From: Utricularia gibba
Taxonomy: Eukaryota > Plantae > Magnoliophyta
DNA: 64,000 nt
Assembly: GCA_002189035.1 (NCBI GenBank)
Contig: NEEC01000010.1
Coordinates: 2,170,001-2,234,000 of the forward strand
Direction of reading: 5' to 3'
Shown: one piece after another, positions 12,189-27,000 of the stretch
Numbering within the stretch: position 1 is the first letter of the stretch
Layout of the letters: the number at the start of each line of letters is the position of its first letter
Position numbers and translations under genes: made by a program
The notes under the pieces: generated by a model
The model's input: only the letters and a program-made list of their open reading frames with translations
Database searches by the model: none
Told to the model about the DNA's origin: nothing

Positions 12189-13425
12189 ATGGATCACATA
12201 GCGGCAGCGGAAGAGAGATTGCTCCAAGAAAGATTGAGGCAAAAGCTCAATGAGGTTAATGCCGCCGCTCAGTCCCATCTATCAGGTGTAAACGATCACA
12301 TAAATTTCACGCTGCAGGTGAGTATGCGCTGTTCCTCGTGTTTGGAATTGTCGGAACCGACGGTTGTATTGTTGTTCTGTATCGCAGAAGGCGTACTTTA
12401 AGTGTGCTCATGACTGTTTCGACCGGAGGTATAAGCAAGACGACATAAGTAACTGTGTGGAGCATTGCAGCGTGCCCGTGTTGAAAGCCCAGAATTTTGT
12501 TGAAAATGAAATGGCGAATTTTCAAGTAAATCTTCTTCCTTTTTTTATTGTTTTTAGTGTGAAGTGTCTCATTGTTTGTTTCTTTGATCCCAACGATGTT
12601 GTCTCTATATTTCGTTGGCCTGTTTGTGCCTAAAAAATGCAATTTTTGAGTCTTCATCAAATGGGTTAGTGAACTCCGTGGCTGTCAAATAGGCCTTTTC
12701 ATCTTAAAACAACAGTCGCCTGCAATCCCGTTTGCTAGCTTCTCCGCATCTTTTGGTTATATTGTTTGGTCAGATTGTGCATTAAATGGCATATAGTAGA
12801 AGCAATTGCATGGTGAGGAAAAACTGCAGGTTTAGGTTTTAAAACTCGTGTTTGAAGCAATTCTATTTTAAGAGTATTGTTTTGTTTCATTGAACTTGTT
12901 TCGTTTGACTTCATTTTCTGTCTCCTTTAGCCAGCATCTTTGAGTTTGGAAAGCAAATAGCTATTCCTGCTTCCTTACCCTTTCTTTTAGCTTATACTTT
13001 GATCCGATTGGTTGGCTTCACAATGGCACTCTTTTTTAGTTATATTTATGAATCAGCTCTTTCTGATATGAGATTATATCGTGAAGCTATTCAGATACAA
13101 ATTTTACCATTAGAAGTCTCTCCCTTCTTCCATCTATTGAGAGCATGTTCTTGTTATGGCTTAGTTTTGTCCTAAAATTCATGTTTTCCCCTCCCAAATA
13201 AATCAGTCCCAAATCAATAATATGGTTGTGGTGATGCAGGAAAGGTTGAGTAGGTCTCTAAGGGTGTGCCAAGACAAGTACGAGGCAGCCAAGCTTCAGC
13301 AGAGTAGCAACAATTCCCTTAGAGACTTAGAGTCATGTGTCGACCAGTCTGTTAAAGATGGCATCAACATGATACCACACATTGCTGGAAAACTTAAGGC
13401 GTATCTTTCGATTAGCGACGACTAG
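12189..13425 (+). CDS. FAM136A-like / DUF842 protein; exons 12189-12317, 12388-12525, 13240-13425
   Basis: Spliced product MDHIAAAEERLLQERLRQKL..TLQ|KAYFKCAHDCFDRR..NCVEHCSVP..FQ|ERLSRSLRVCQDKYE..ESCV. It has twin CX3C-type cysteines and all exons are phase 0. Confidence 0.93.
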
Positions 13426-13579
13426 AAGGAAATTCAACATGCTGTTTGAACGACAATGTCCTCTGTTTATTGCAACATCAGTTTCTTTTATTTAACCAGA
13501 TCCTACTTTCAGAAGTTCAAAATACAAACTTGCAATCAGTTATCTTTGGAGAGAATGCAACTGAAGTATGATACATATG

Positions 13580-13757
13580 CTATGGCTGCTTCGTTTTCTG
13601 CTCTTCAAACTTGTCGATTGCTATCTGAAGCTCATCTGTGCCACCGACAGCCTTCATTGTGTAGAAGTAGACACCAAACACAAACGCCCCAAGCCCCCGG
13701 CAAGGACAAAATTCTTGGTCTTCGGCGCAAGGGCGCGGTACCCAGAAGGCCAGACAT
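13580..13757 (-). CDS. Small COA3/CCDC56-like cytochrome c oxidase assembly protein (59 aa after restoring two G's); absent from the ORF track
   Basis: Reconstructed MSGLLGYRALAPKTKNFVLAGGLGAFVFGVYFYTMKAVGGTDELQIAIDKFEEQKTKQP* matches the remembered plant motif GGLxAFVFGVYFYTMRAVGGTDELQVAIDKFE. The span is 178 nt + 2 = 180. A likely 5'UTR intron lies at 13783-13986. Confidence 0.88.
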
Positions 13758-14047
13758 CAGGATTGCTCAAAGCTTTATACCACTGTACAAAGAGAAGCCT
13801 TCGTTAAAAATTTAACACGATGACGGCGAAAATAGCATGGAACTCTAAGTCCGATCAACCGTGATACGTTCCATTTCACTCAAACATCAACAGAGAGGGG
13901 AAAATGCGACGTAAAACAGCAATCGCAGCGTGAATGCTGGAGATGAAATAAGCAAATGGGCAGAAAATGGAAAACGAAACACCTACCTGGAAGTCTTGTG
14001 AGGATCGGTTCCGATTGCTCTTGCCGGAATTGGGAACGGAAGGAGTG

Positions 14048-14177
14048 AACCCTAGAAACAAAAATCTTTACCTTTGTTTCAATTATTTAATGCATTAAAT
14101 AAAATATAATTGCATTTCTTATTTTAAAATTTTATATAACTATTTCATAAAGCCCATTTACAGGCTCGATTGGCCCA
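14048..14177. promoter_or_regulatory. Telo-box-like AACCCTA (14048-14054) and two site II motifs (AGCCCA 14151-14156, GGCCCA 14172-14177) in the divergent COA3/RPL2 promoter
   Basis: Motifs read directly. Site II (TGGGCY) plus telo-box is the established TCP-bound module in plant ribosomal and mitochondrial-protein promoters. Confidence 0.6.
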
Positions 14178-14302
14178 ACTGAAACCGTCTGCAAAATGCA
14201 ATGCATTTTTTGAGGGCACTCCAGTGAAACCTAGACGGGAATTTCTTCGTTCGTTCTGGGCGTCAATTCCAATTGGGGATTACGTCATACGGGGGAAGAA
14301 GA

Positions 14303-15212
14303 ATGGCGTTGTTGAGAGCCCGCGCGTGTCTGTTCCGTTCAGTTTTTCAAATTCCCCGTCGATCGCTTTCTTCCAGTGAGTTGGCTTCTTCCATTGTAAT
14401 AACCACAGTTTGTTGTTTTATCAGATGCTTGTTATTTACAAATGCAGCCGCTGGTGCGGATTCCAATTCGGTGACTTCCTTGAAGGATATGATGGCCCAG
14501 ATGTTGACACAGGATCTAAGCACCTTTGCTGGGAGCTGTATGCCTCTGGCCAATATGCGGATCGGTATGCAAATTCACAATATTGAGATGCGGCCAGGCC
14601 AAGGTGGGAAACTTGTGAGGGCAGCTGGAACTTCCGCAAAGATACTTACGGAGCCCAACAGATCACCCAGGTAGAAGGGAATGCTTAGCAATGTTTTCTC
14701 ACTGTTCTGCTTGATGGGCTTTGGTTCAATAAGAGCAAAACTGAATGTTGGCTCAGCTCCTGCTCGTTTGATTAGATTTTTATATGTGGTTTCTGATGTT
14801 CCTATGAATCTTGCCTCATAACCCAACTCAGCTCCAATGTTTCTCTGATTGCATTTGTGAATTTGAAGATCCACATTATCATTCAAATTGTGTTTGTTTT
14901 ATTTCCAGGTATGTTGAGATAAAATTACCGTCAGGGGTGAAGACATTGATAGATAAGAGATGTAGAGCAACAATCGGGCAAGTGTCAAACCCGGAACATG
15001 GGATGAAGAAGCTGAGGAAAGCAGGTCAAAGCCGGTGGCTTGGGAGACGCCCGGTGGTTAGGGGCGTGGCGATGAACCCAGTTGATCATCCACACGGCGG
15101 TGGTGAAGGGAGAAGTAAGAGCAGTGGAAGCCATGGTCGAGTCTCCAGAACTCCATGGGGCAAACCCACCAAATGTGGTTATAAAACAGCAAGGCCAAGG
15201 AGAAAAATATAG
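14303..15212 (+). CDS. RPL2: Nuclear-encoded mitochondrial ribosomal protein uL2, C-terminal portion with presequence; exons 14303-14375, 14448-14670, 14909-15212
   Basis: An Arg/Ser-rich presequence [24 protein letters not shown] is followed by only the C-terminal L2 domain: [31 protein letters not shown] and [22 protein letters not shown]. Confidence 0.95.
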
Positions 15213-15359
15213 GTGCGCCCCCGAATTCAAATTGTCCATTACTGTTACTTGCTATTTGATTCCAAGGAGATGTTTCACGAGAACAAGAAAAGAGTTGCAC
15301 AAGTTAAACCATCAGTACATGTCAAGGATAAAGGGGGGCTTGCAACGGTGTTTCCTGTG

Positions 15360-17197
<1,838 letters not shown>

Positions 17198-17841
17198 TCA
17201 GTTGAAGACCGAGGTCAGGGCAGTTATGGACCAAGAGGCGCCAGAGTAGACATGTCTTGAAAGCTCGACGCGTTCGGATAAACGCGTCGTGACTTTTCCT
17301 TTTCTATTTATTTTATATTTACAAAAATTATATTATCATTAAAATTTAATTTAATCATTTTTAATTTACACGTCATTGAAAATGCGCAAGATTTTTGTTT
17401 ATTCATATTAATAGTTTTTCTAAATAACTTATTTAGAAAATGGCGTTTTGATATTATTTTTAAATGTTATTTATCATATATAAATTAATACTTTGTATCA
17501 AATTATAAATGAAAATGTAAAAATATGACAATAATGTGGAAGAAAATTTGAGATTATAATAATTAGATATTGTGAAAAATATGTAATATAAATTAATAAT
17601 TTTCAAAGTAAAAATAATATATTCTCCATTATTTTTTTACCCAAATGAATGAAAAATATTGGAATTTATACTCAAGTGGAGGTTCAAATATAGAATATGA
17701 ATTAGGCAGAAGAAGATGCCAGTATTATTTAATAATTATTTATTATTTTTATACATTATAGATTACTTTTATTCGTATAGAAACTAATATTATAAGTACT
17801 GTAAAAAAACAAATAAAAGAGAGGTCAAATAAAAAAATAAA

Positions 17842-17883
17842 TGGGCTTTTGTTAGCGTATCCATCTTAGATGGGTTTGGCCCA
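17842..17883. promoter_or_regulatory. Two site II motifs (TGGGCT 17842-17847, GGCCCA 17878-17883) upstream of UTP20 in the divergent reductase/UTP20 spacer
   Basis: Motifs read directly, about 170-210 bp upstream of the UTP20 ATG. This is typical of ribosome-biogenesis promoters. Confidence 0.5.
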
Positions 17884-18049
17884 ACAAAAAGATTCAGGAC
17901 AGAGAAACCAGGAACCAGGAGGGAAAGAATCATTCACGGCGGCTGATGAAGAAGAAACTGGAGGAAGTCGGTTGAATTGGAGGGAAATAGATTGAAGTGA
18001 CGATCTTGGGAAGTGTATTGTTGTTTGAACTTTTCTGGAGAATCTGAAT

Positions 18050-21000
18050 ATGGCGTCGCATTCAGAAGCTCGGGCTGTCAAGTGCCTCAACCATTCTTCG
18101 GGGCGTCGCCGTTTTGTCGTAAGCTAACTGGCATCGACACTCATTTGAGTTTTTATTTTTCATTGGACTCATTGTTTGTATTCTGGACTAGTTGGCAGGG
18201 AGGTTTCTGTTGTTGGTGTTTTGGATTTTGAAGTATCTGCAAATTATATAGCTTTTAATATTTCCAACGTTGTGATTTCGATATTTCTTTGTGTGTGCGC
18301 GTGTAGTTCAAGACGTTTTCCCAGAGACTAGAAGAAATTGATATAGATGTCTACCGGAGTCTTGATCGTCCAAAAGCTGAACCATCTGAAGGCTCTACCT
18401 TTTTCCGTGATTGTCTGATGGAGTACAGAGTATGCTTCGTTCTGGCATTCGATTTTTGTTTCACTTAAAAATATATTGTGATCGCATAACTTATGTAATA
18501 TCAATTTGGATAGTTGGAATCCGTGGACTGGCCATGGTAAAATTCAACCAATTAAAGGCTTTTTTAACAAGTATTTAGTTGTGCTATTTTGCATTTCGAA
18601 TTGTATTCATGCATATGTTTATTGTGAAATATAGGAGCTGAACACTGCCGAGGACTTTATGTCGCTTTATGAGGAAGTTTTCCCTTTAGTGCAGACTCTT
18701 CCTCTAATAATTTTACGGAAGGAATTCATTGTTGATAGTCTTCTGTCAAGGTTAAAGATTGAAGGAAGACTCTCACTTGAACCTATACTGCGGTACCCCT
18801 ACACTTCCATGAATACATTTTCTATTACTTTATGCTTGCCTCCTTTTATGACTAAAATGGCTGATGCATTTGGGTTCAGCTGTCATTTTTTCCAGTGACT
18901 GATGATGTTAGGATTGTGTCGGTATCTAGATTTTGATGACAACCTCACACATTCAGTTTAATGAGAGACAGTTTTTTTATGTCATGACTGGGATTCTTCA
19001 TGGAGAAATCATCTGAAAACTTCTAGCGAATTAAGACTGCTTCTCTTTTTTTTCGGGATCCACTTTATGCATATTTGATCATTTGGTTTTTGTTTAGAAT
19101 CATACATCTGGAGCTTCATCCACATAATTCTTCCTAACAGCTACTTTAGTATTGATATCCAGCTGATAATTTCATATTACTGATCTTCATTAATATTCTT
19201 ATTTTATAAATCAGGCTAATTGCTGCTCTATCCAAAGATCTTTTGGGCCACTTTTTACCGTAAGTCTTACTCCTGATCTTTTTGCTTGTATCCATGCATT
19301 TTGATTTTTTTTAGTTTATGTGATGGGTTATTTTTTTTCTTAAGTATGCCAAAAATGCAATCCTTAGTGATAGCTGAATGATTTTAAATCTTTATTGTGT
19401 GAAAGCTTCTAGGATAGCTCTATCATTCCCAGAATATATTCTTAAAACTCTTTTGAAATTTGGTTGAAGACGAATGTCTGCAACTTGAATGTACCATAAG
19501 ATTCAACTGCACGGTTAACTTGTTTGTTTATTTTTTCAGTTATTTAGAAAAAATTGCAGATTCTTTGGAATGCCTTCTTTTTAGTGGCGCTGATAGGGAT
19601 ACTGAAATTATTGAGCAGGTGAAGTATCTCTTTATATAGATTTTTGATGCGCATACAATTTAAATGTAGTCTCATAAATTAATTGTGGCATGCAGATATT
19701 CACGTCATGGTCACTCGTGATGATGTACTTACAGAAGTATTTGTTGGCAGATTTTGATTATGTCCTGAGGTAATTTTTAGGTGATTGCAGATTTTAGAAA
19801 GGTGCTCCTTTAATATTTATAAGGTTATGCCAGGATATTTTTAACTGCATGGTCTATCATTCATTTCTTGACCAGATCATGTTCATTCTTAATGATTCTT
19901 TTTGGTAAATGTCAAGCATGGAACTAAACTATATGAAAACTGTACTAATATAATTTTGCATCTCTTTTTCGAATTGTAATAGGATGCATAGTAAATTTAC
20001 TGTTTTTCACTTTTCAGTTTGCTTCTCATGCATTTTATGCTTTGTGGAAGACCTTTCAATTTAGTTTTATCCATTATAAAATTGGTTGCCTGCACCTTCA
20101 CGAAGGATATTTTGATGAATGCATGCACATGTTTTCTTGTGTTGAAAAAATTCATTCATCTTTTTTCTTCACTCCTGCAGAATTACAAAAAACTTGAGAT
20201 ATTATCCTAAAGATTATGTTCGAGAATTTATGGCCGAGTCCATGTCATTTTTGTTTAGGAAAGCACCAATTCAGATTCTAAATACAGGTAATGCCTTTGT
20301 ATCTGATTTGCATTTGCTATCTTCCCTGCAACATATTTATAAGGAGAGACAGCAGATGCTTCTCAGGTGTGTGGTTATTGCATGAGACTAGATAACTTGG
20401 TAAATTTCAAATATGTTTTTATGTTCTTAAAGATTTGCAGCATGAAACACCAGGACCATAGTTGATTCTACGTCATAAGCTGCATTAGCAGTAATTAACT
20501 ATTGTGATATTTGAAAAACAGGACCAAATGCTTTTTATTCCTGTTTATTGTAATGGGAAAACTTGCAGTTCCACATTTAGATTTCTTTTGAGCTTCCTAT
20601 TCCAACGGGAGTAGTACCAAAAATTGTATAATCCTTTTGAACTCAAGTAGTATAAAAAATTGGAAAATTTTGATTTCCCCATATGCACATATTTTTAGTG
20701 AGTGACCAATCCTTTAACGTGATGTGGACAGTTATTTTGAAACTCTTGATTGAAGTGTCGATGGAAACATCAGAGATCAGAGAATCTGCTGCTGGTATAT
20801 TAATATCTCATTCTATGAGGATTACATCATCAAGATTGCATTCGAAGGCTGAAGCTATAATGGCTTTACTGCTGAACAGCTCCTCTTTTAATGTTGGTAA
20901 TCAAAATGAAGAAGGTTTGCCATGTATCTTTTTTAGCTTCTTTCAGTTTCTGGACCTCTTTCTGTTTTTAATTTTATTGCAACTCTTTACTAAACTTATT

Positions 21001-24000
21001 TACATATGTTCAATTTGTCGCTTTGTGTAATTTAAGGTGTGATTTTATTGTTTTTTTTTAGAAATTTAAGTGTTTCTCCAGAATACTGAGGACATTCCCT
21101 AGCAGGTCATGCATATCATTTTAAGTGCATTCGCTTTTTTGGAGTATTCTGTGAAGTGTGCTCTGAAAAAGGTGAAACACATGGATACAGGAAGTTGTAT
21201 TCTGTGACTTTTTCTACTGCTTGATCAATATTAGTATATTAGTTCCCAATGAGGCTGGTGCCCATGCCATTAGTATTTTGAAAATGCTTTTAGGAAACTT
21301 TGTTTTGAAAATTAGGTACTATATAACTGTTGACTTAATTGGGGCGGCTCAGATTCAGCTAAGGCTTGTCATGGTCCCGTAATTTTTGGATTTTGTGCAG
21401 TAATCGGCTACACCCAGGTTTTTAATTCTAAATATGTTGTTTTTATGCAGGTCCAAAAGTTGTTCTTCGGGTTATTGTAATGGCCTTCAACAGATTATAT
21501 GCTGAGCTGGACTCTGTGGGAATTACATTTTTGTTTAAGAGCTTGTGTGAGGGGATAAGAGATTGTATGACACATGAAGAACTGACCCATCTTAGCAACC
21601 TGCTAAGCTTGCTGCTTTCAATCATGCAAGATAACCATCCATTGAAATTCAGTGGTGGGTCAAATGCTCTTTTTTTTAATTGATTAGTTTCAATACCCTT
21701 CCAGATCCCTGAATACGTTCTGTACATACAGATATTGAGAACATCGTGGACATAGTTGATATGCTTGTAAAGAAGTTTGTTATTCCTTGTGTGAACACGC
21801 CATCTTTGAGCACTGACACACGGATTACTGATAAGGTTCTCAAAGTCATAGCTTGCTTTCTTTATGGCCTCCCTGTTTCAAAGAAGTTGCTATTTTCTCA
21901 GCGTGTTACTTCCGAATGGGAGTCCTTGTTTCATTTGAGGAGTCAAAGGTATCAATTATGAACATTTTGTATATGCAAATTCTCAAAGTTGTGGCTTCTA
22001 CAGTTTTCTAAATGCTCAGCTACATGATTTGCTGCAGCTTGCTGGTTTTTGTGGAAGATCTTTTGGCAAAGGACCCCTTCCCCTTTCGAAGACATATCAT
22101 AATGTACACGACTGTTAGATGTTATGCATTTTCTCCTCAGCTTAGATTCACGATTGTCTTTAAGCTCTCATATTCTTTTGTTATTGCAGTGCCTTCAGTA
22201 ACTTGGTAGAGATATATACCACAGATGTGCTACATTTAATGGTAACTTTCATTGAGAAGCTGGAAGGAAAATTTTCTGGGTTTCTGGATCTGGATATTAA
22301 AGAAGGCGTTTCTAGACTCCAAATTTTCCTTGAAAAGACCCTTTGTTATTTTGTTGCCAAAATAAGGGATCCTGGTGTTTTCAAGTCACCTGGTATTCCA
22401 TTTCAACAGTGTGAGTTGGCCACCCTGTGGGCTGCTGTAGTTTGCCTTCCCCATTTTTCAGAAGCCCAAACAGTGTCATCTGTTCTGATGAACTTAATGC
22501 ACGCCATTGAACAGCATCTCATGGCCAATACGGGTATGAGAGATTATTTTATTGTATTGGTGAACAATTTCAACGATGCAAGTTCATAAGATCTCAAAAA
22601 ATAAAAAAGCATTTGTTGTGCCTTGCTTTCAGGAGCTATTGACTACCAGTAAAATGTTTACTTAAATTTTCATTAACTACACTCAATTAATGGACATCAT
22701 TCATCGTGTTCATGATATGGAGTCTCATGAGCTAAAAGTTGATTCTGCATTTCTATGTTTCATTTCCTCTATGTCTAGCTGTAACTTCAGCAAACAAGTT
22801 GTATACGTTGTAATCATAGTTGTAACATGCATCAATATTTTCTTACAGACTTTCTGGGCTTCACAAAGGATGCTTGGCAGAATTTGATTGGTGCAACATT
22901 GACTTCTTATCATAAATTGATATCCTTCAGGAATATGCATTATGAAGATTCTGCAATTAAAAATTTCTTAGATCTTTCAAAACGTCATAAGTTCTCACCA
23001 AAAATATTATCTGCTGTAGCTGATATTCTTGACTCAGCTTCTGTGTAAGATGATTTGTTTCTGTTATTCCATAACCTTTTTTCGTCTCAATGTTAGCTCA
23101 TATGGTTCTTCAAAAATAACCCTCTTAAATGCTGCAGGTCTTCAGTTTTAACAGAGAAGAACGGCCAGTTTTATCTTCCAGATTATGTGGCTGGAAATAT
23201 ATCAGATACTTCAAAAATTTTTGAAGACAATCTATTCCATGCCAACAAAGAGATCCGTCTTTCCACGTTGCGCATATTATGCCATTATGCACCTACATCT
23301 TGTAAGGACTCTAAGCAAATGGATAATCCCAAACTGAATGTCTCAGGGATTACTCATGTAAGTGAATGTGAATACATTTGGGATATTTTTTTATAGTTTC
23401 TTTCTGCACGTTTGCTTCAAGAAATTGAATTGACTCCCCCCCCTCTCCAAATAATAGGTCTTTGTGCATCTGAGATCAGTTGAGGAGATAGAGAATATTT
23501 CGATACAGACTAGCAATGGAGCTATTCTCCTAATATCTAAGATACAAATGGCCCTGAATGCTCATTCAATTGATGAAGAATGTTTGCCTGCTGTTTTGGG
23601 TGGAATTGTTGGAATTTTTAATAATCGATTTAGCCCTTTATGGGGTGCAGCACAGGAGTGCCTCGCTGTCCTTGTAAGTCATCACAGTGAGGTGGTATGG
23701 GATAGATATATCAAATGTCTTGAGTATTGGCAGTCTGCTTTTCTATCGCATTCTGATATTATATCAGACAACAATCCTATCAAGGATGCTGGTATGGGTT
23801 ATTTGATGAATCATGTATTCATACAATTCCAGTCTATTGCTATTCGATATGCAAGAAGCTTAGTGAATGTGTTGATTTCTCTGTAAGGAAACTTCTATTG
23901 CTAGTTTTCTTTAATCTCAAAAGTCTGACACCCATTTCTCTGTTGATTTTGTAGGATTAATTGGTTGTTGCGTTTCAAGTCTTTTTCCTTCTTTTGAAAG

Positions 24001-27000
24001 CACTCCCAGCGGGACAATTTTGGTCAATCTGATTCAGTGTTTAATGAAAGTTCCAAAAATAGTTGAGCCTCGTAATAAGCATATTATACCTTTGTTCATG
24101 AAATTTTTGGGCAACAATGAGAACACAATGAAACGGTACTGTATTTTTATATTACTCTCTTCATCAGGTTAAGTCTTATGCTCTTTTCATTTGACTTTGA
24201 ATGTTGCTACTACACAGAGGGAAAGAATGGAAATCTGCTCTGAAGGAATGGTTAAGTCTATTTCAGTTGATGGAGAATCCTAGGGCTTTTTATCAAGCTC
24301 AAGCTTTCAAGGATGCTCTTCTGTACAGGTCAGTGAAGCCATTGGTCATTGTTTACACTGCTTCTGTACTTCATTTGCAATTTTGGTTGAGGCCGTCAAT
24401 TAGATTGTTTGATTTGCATTCAATGTCTTTTTTTTCTTTGCCTGATTTGTGGTGTTGGATTCAAGGCTTCTTGATCAGAATGATGCAGACATACAATTAA
24501 AGGTTTTTGATTGTCTGACTAACTGGAGAGAAGACTTCTTACTTCCGTATGTGGGTAATATGAGAAATTTGATTGGTGCCAAATCCATGAGGGACGAGCT
24601 TACAAAATGGAGCTTATGCAGAAATTCAGTTCATTCTATAGACGTGATGCACAGAGCTCATGTTGTACCTATTATCATAAGAATTTTGATGCCAAAAGTT
24701 AGAAATCTGAAAATGATATCTAATCAAAAGGTATTAAAATGACTTTAGATTCTTTTCAGCGTGGTTACTTTATTAGCAAGGCGTCAGTCTGTTGCAGTAT
24801 GTATTAATTTTTAACAAGATCAACTTTCCAGGGTGGAGGTGCAAACCATCGAAGGGCAGTTCTTGGGTTCTTGGCACAACTTGAGGTTGATGAGCTTTCT
24901 CTATTTTTTGAGTTGATGCTTAAGCCCCTACACTCCACTTCTGAAGTGGAGGAATGCAATGTTGACGCATCTGCAATATTGAAACCTTTTACTGCTGATA
25001 TGATGACTGCCCTATCATGGAAGAAGAGATGGGGTTTTCTTCATGTTGTAGAAGACATTATCACGGTTTTCGATGAATGTCGCCTTGTCCCTTTTCTTGA
25101 TCTTTTGATGAATTTTGTTGTCCAGATGTTGGCTAACTGCACGCAATTTGTTAGTGGTTTGGAATACAGTGAACCATCTGCTGAAACGAACTATCCAGAA
25201 TCTGAATTTGATGGTGTGTCTAAAGATGAAGCTCAAGATGAATTTCCGGTAATATAGAAATAATAATGGAATGTCCATATTTTTTGCATGTTGTAATGTT
25301 CACCCATTCTCCATGAGATTATCATATGCGATATTCTTGTTTACAACATGAATTCAGTAGCTGGCCAACATTGATGGATGCTGGAGGGTTGGTCATCGCA
25401 TGTTAAAATTTGCATATTTAGTTCTCTACAATTGGATTTTTGGATTTCATATGGACTAACCTACTGTTGGTGTGTTTCGTTCTTGGTATTTGAAACAGCA
25501 GTTTGCCTAATATTCATTCTACTTTAATTAGGCGATTTCCTCACCTCCTTTTTTACCCTCATGATGTCTGTTTTGGTCGAAATATTCTCAATTAACTGTC
25601 TTTTCTTGCAGAACAAAAAGGGGCTGAAGCAATTTAAAGCATTGAGGTCTTTTTGCCTCAAAATCATATATCTTGTGCTTAATAAATATGATGACTTCGA
25701 ATTTGGTGCGACATTTTGGGACATATTTTTCACCTCAGTTAGACGCTTAATTGCAAATTTAAAGCAAGAAGGTGCCAGTGGTCAGAATCCTAGCACACTC
25801 TTTCATTGCTTTCTTGCTATGAGTAAAAGCTACAAGCTCGTCCCTTTATTGAGCCGGCAGGAGAATCTTGTGGCTGATATTTTTTCCATGCTCACTATTC
25901 CATCGGCTTCAGAATCAATTCTGTCTAGTGTTATAAAGTTTGTTGGCAACTTACTGGAGCTCGATGCTGAAATAGATGGAAAGGATGTTAACCTCCGAAG
26001 AGTAATCCTTCCTAATGTTGATGCGCTTGTATCCAGCTTAAATTCTCTTTTCTCATCGATTAGTTCTACTAAGAGGTATTTTATCCTATAGCCATTACCT
26101 TTTCTCCTAGTTATTACGCTCTTATCTATTTGGCTGCTTGTAGATAATATGTGAACAATTGATCGACAAGTTTGATGATACTGTAAACAGCCGTTGGTTT
26201 TTTAATTTCTTTTCTTCAGTTAAATTTAATGTGGAACTGGAGAGCAAAGGGGAAAAAATAGCCTTTTTCTTGAAGGATTTTCTGTACGCATGACTCCTGG
26301 AACTAAGATCACTGCATAATTGCTTTTAACTTTCCTTACCAATGCAGGAAGTTGCCTGGAATTATGGAACTGCCTATATTTGGCCTCTTACCCAAGTACA
26401 TAAAAGAGCCTTTAACAGCAGAGAAGTTTCTCGATACATTGATTCCTGTCCTAAAGAAGTCACATAAGAATCCTGGTTAACCTTGATGTCTTTCAATTTT
26501 TACTATAGGAACTTATTTCTGTAATCTAACAGTAATTGCTTTTGGTGCTGTCGCAGATGCATGTGCCAACACATTGCTCATCATTCGAGAAGTGGTAGTG
26601 CTGCTAGGATGTGCAAGCACTAAAAAAATTTTACATTCAATAACACCACTTATCACTAAAGCAGGTTTTGCTGTTCGGAACTCAATATGTGATGTCCTTC
26701 ATGCTGTTGCGGCTAATGATTCATCTGTATTAACTTTGGTAATAACACCTGTGTGACTGAATTATGAATCTACCTCTAGAGTTGTGATTAATTTTTTCTT
26801 CCTCTTTTTTATGCAGGCAACAGCTCTTTGTGAACTGAATGCAACGTCTGATGTGGACATGGGTGATCTAGACTATGAAAGGATACTTCGTGCTTATGAC
26901 AAAGTCAATATAGAATTTTTTTATACAGTACAAGAAGAGCATGTACTGCCAATATTGGCTCTCGCTATAAATGACATGGCATCTGAAGAGTTGATACTTA

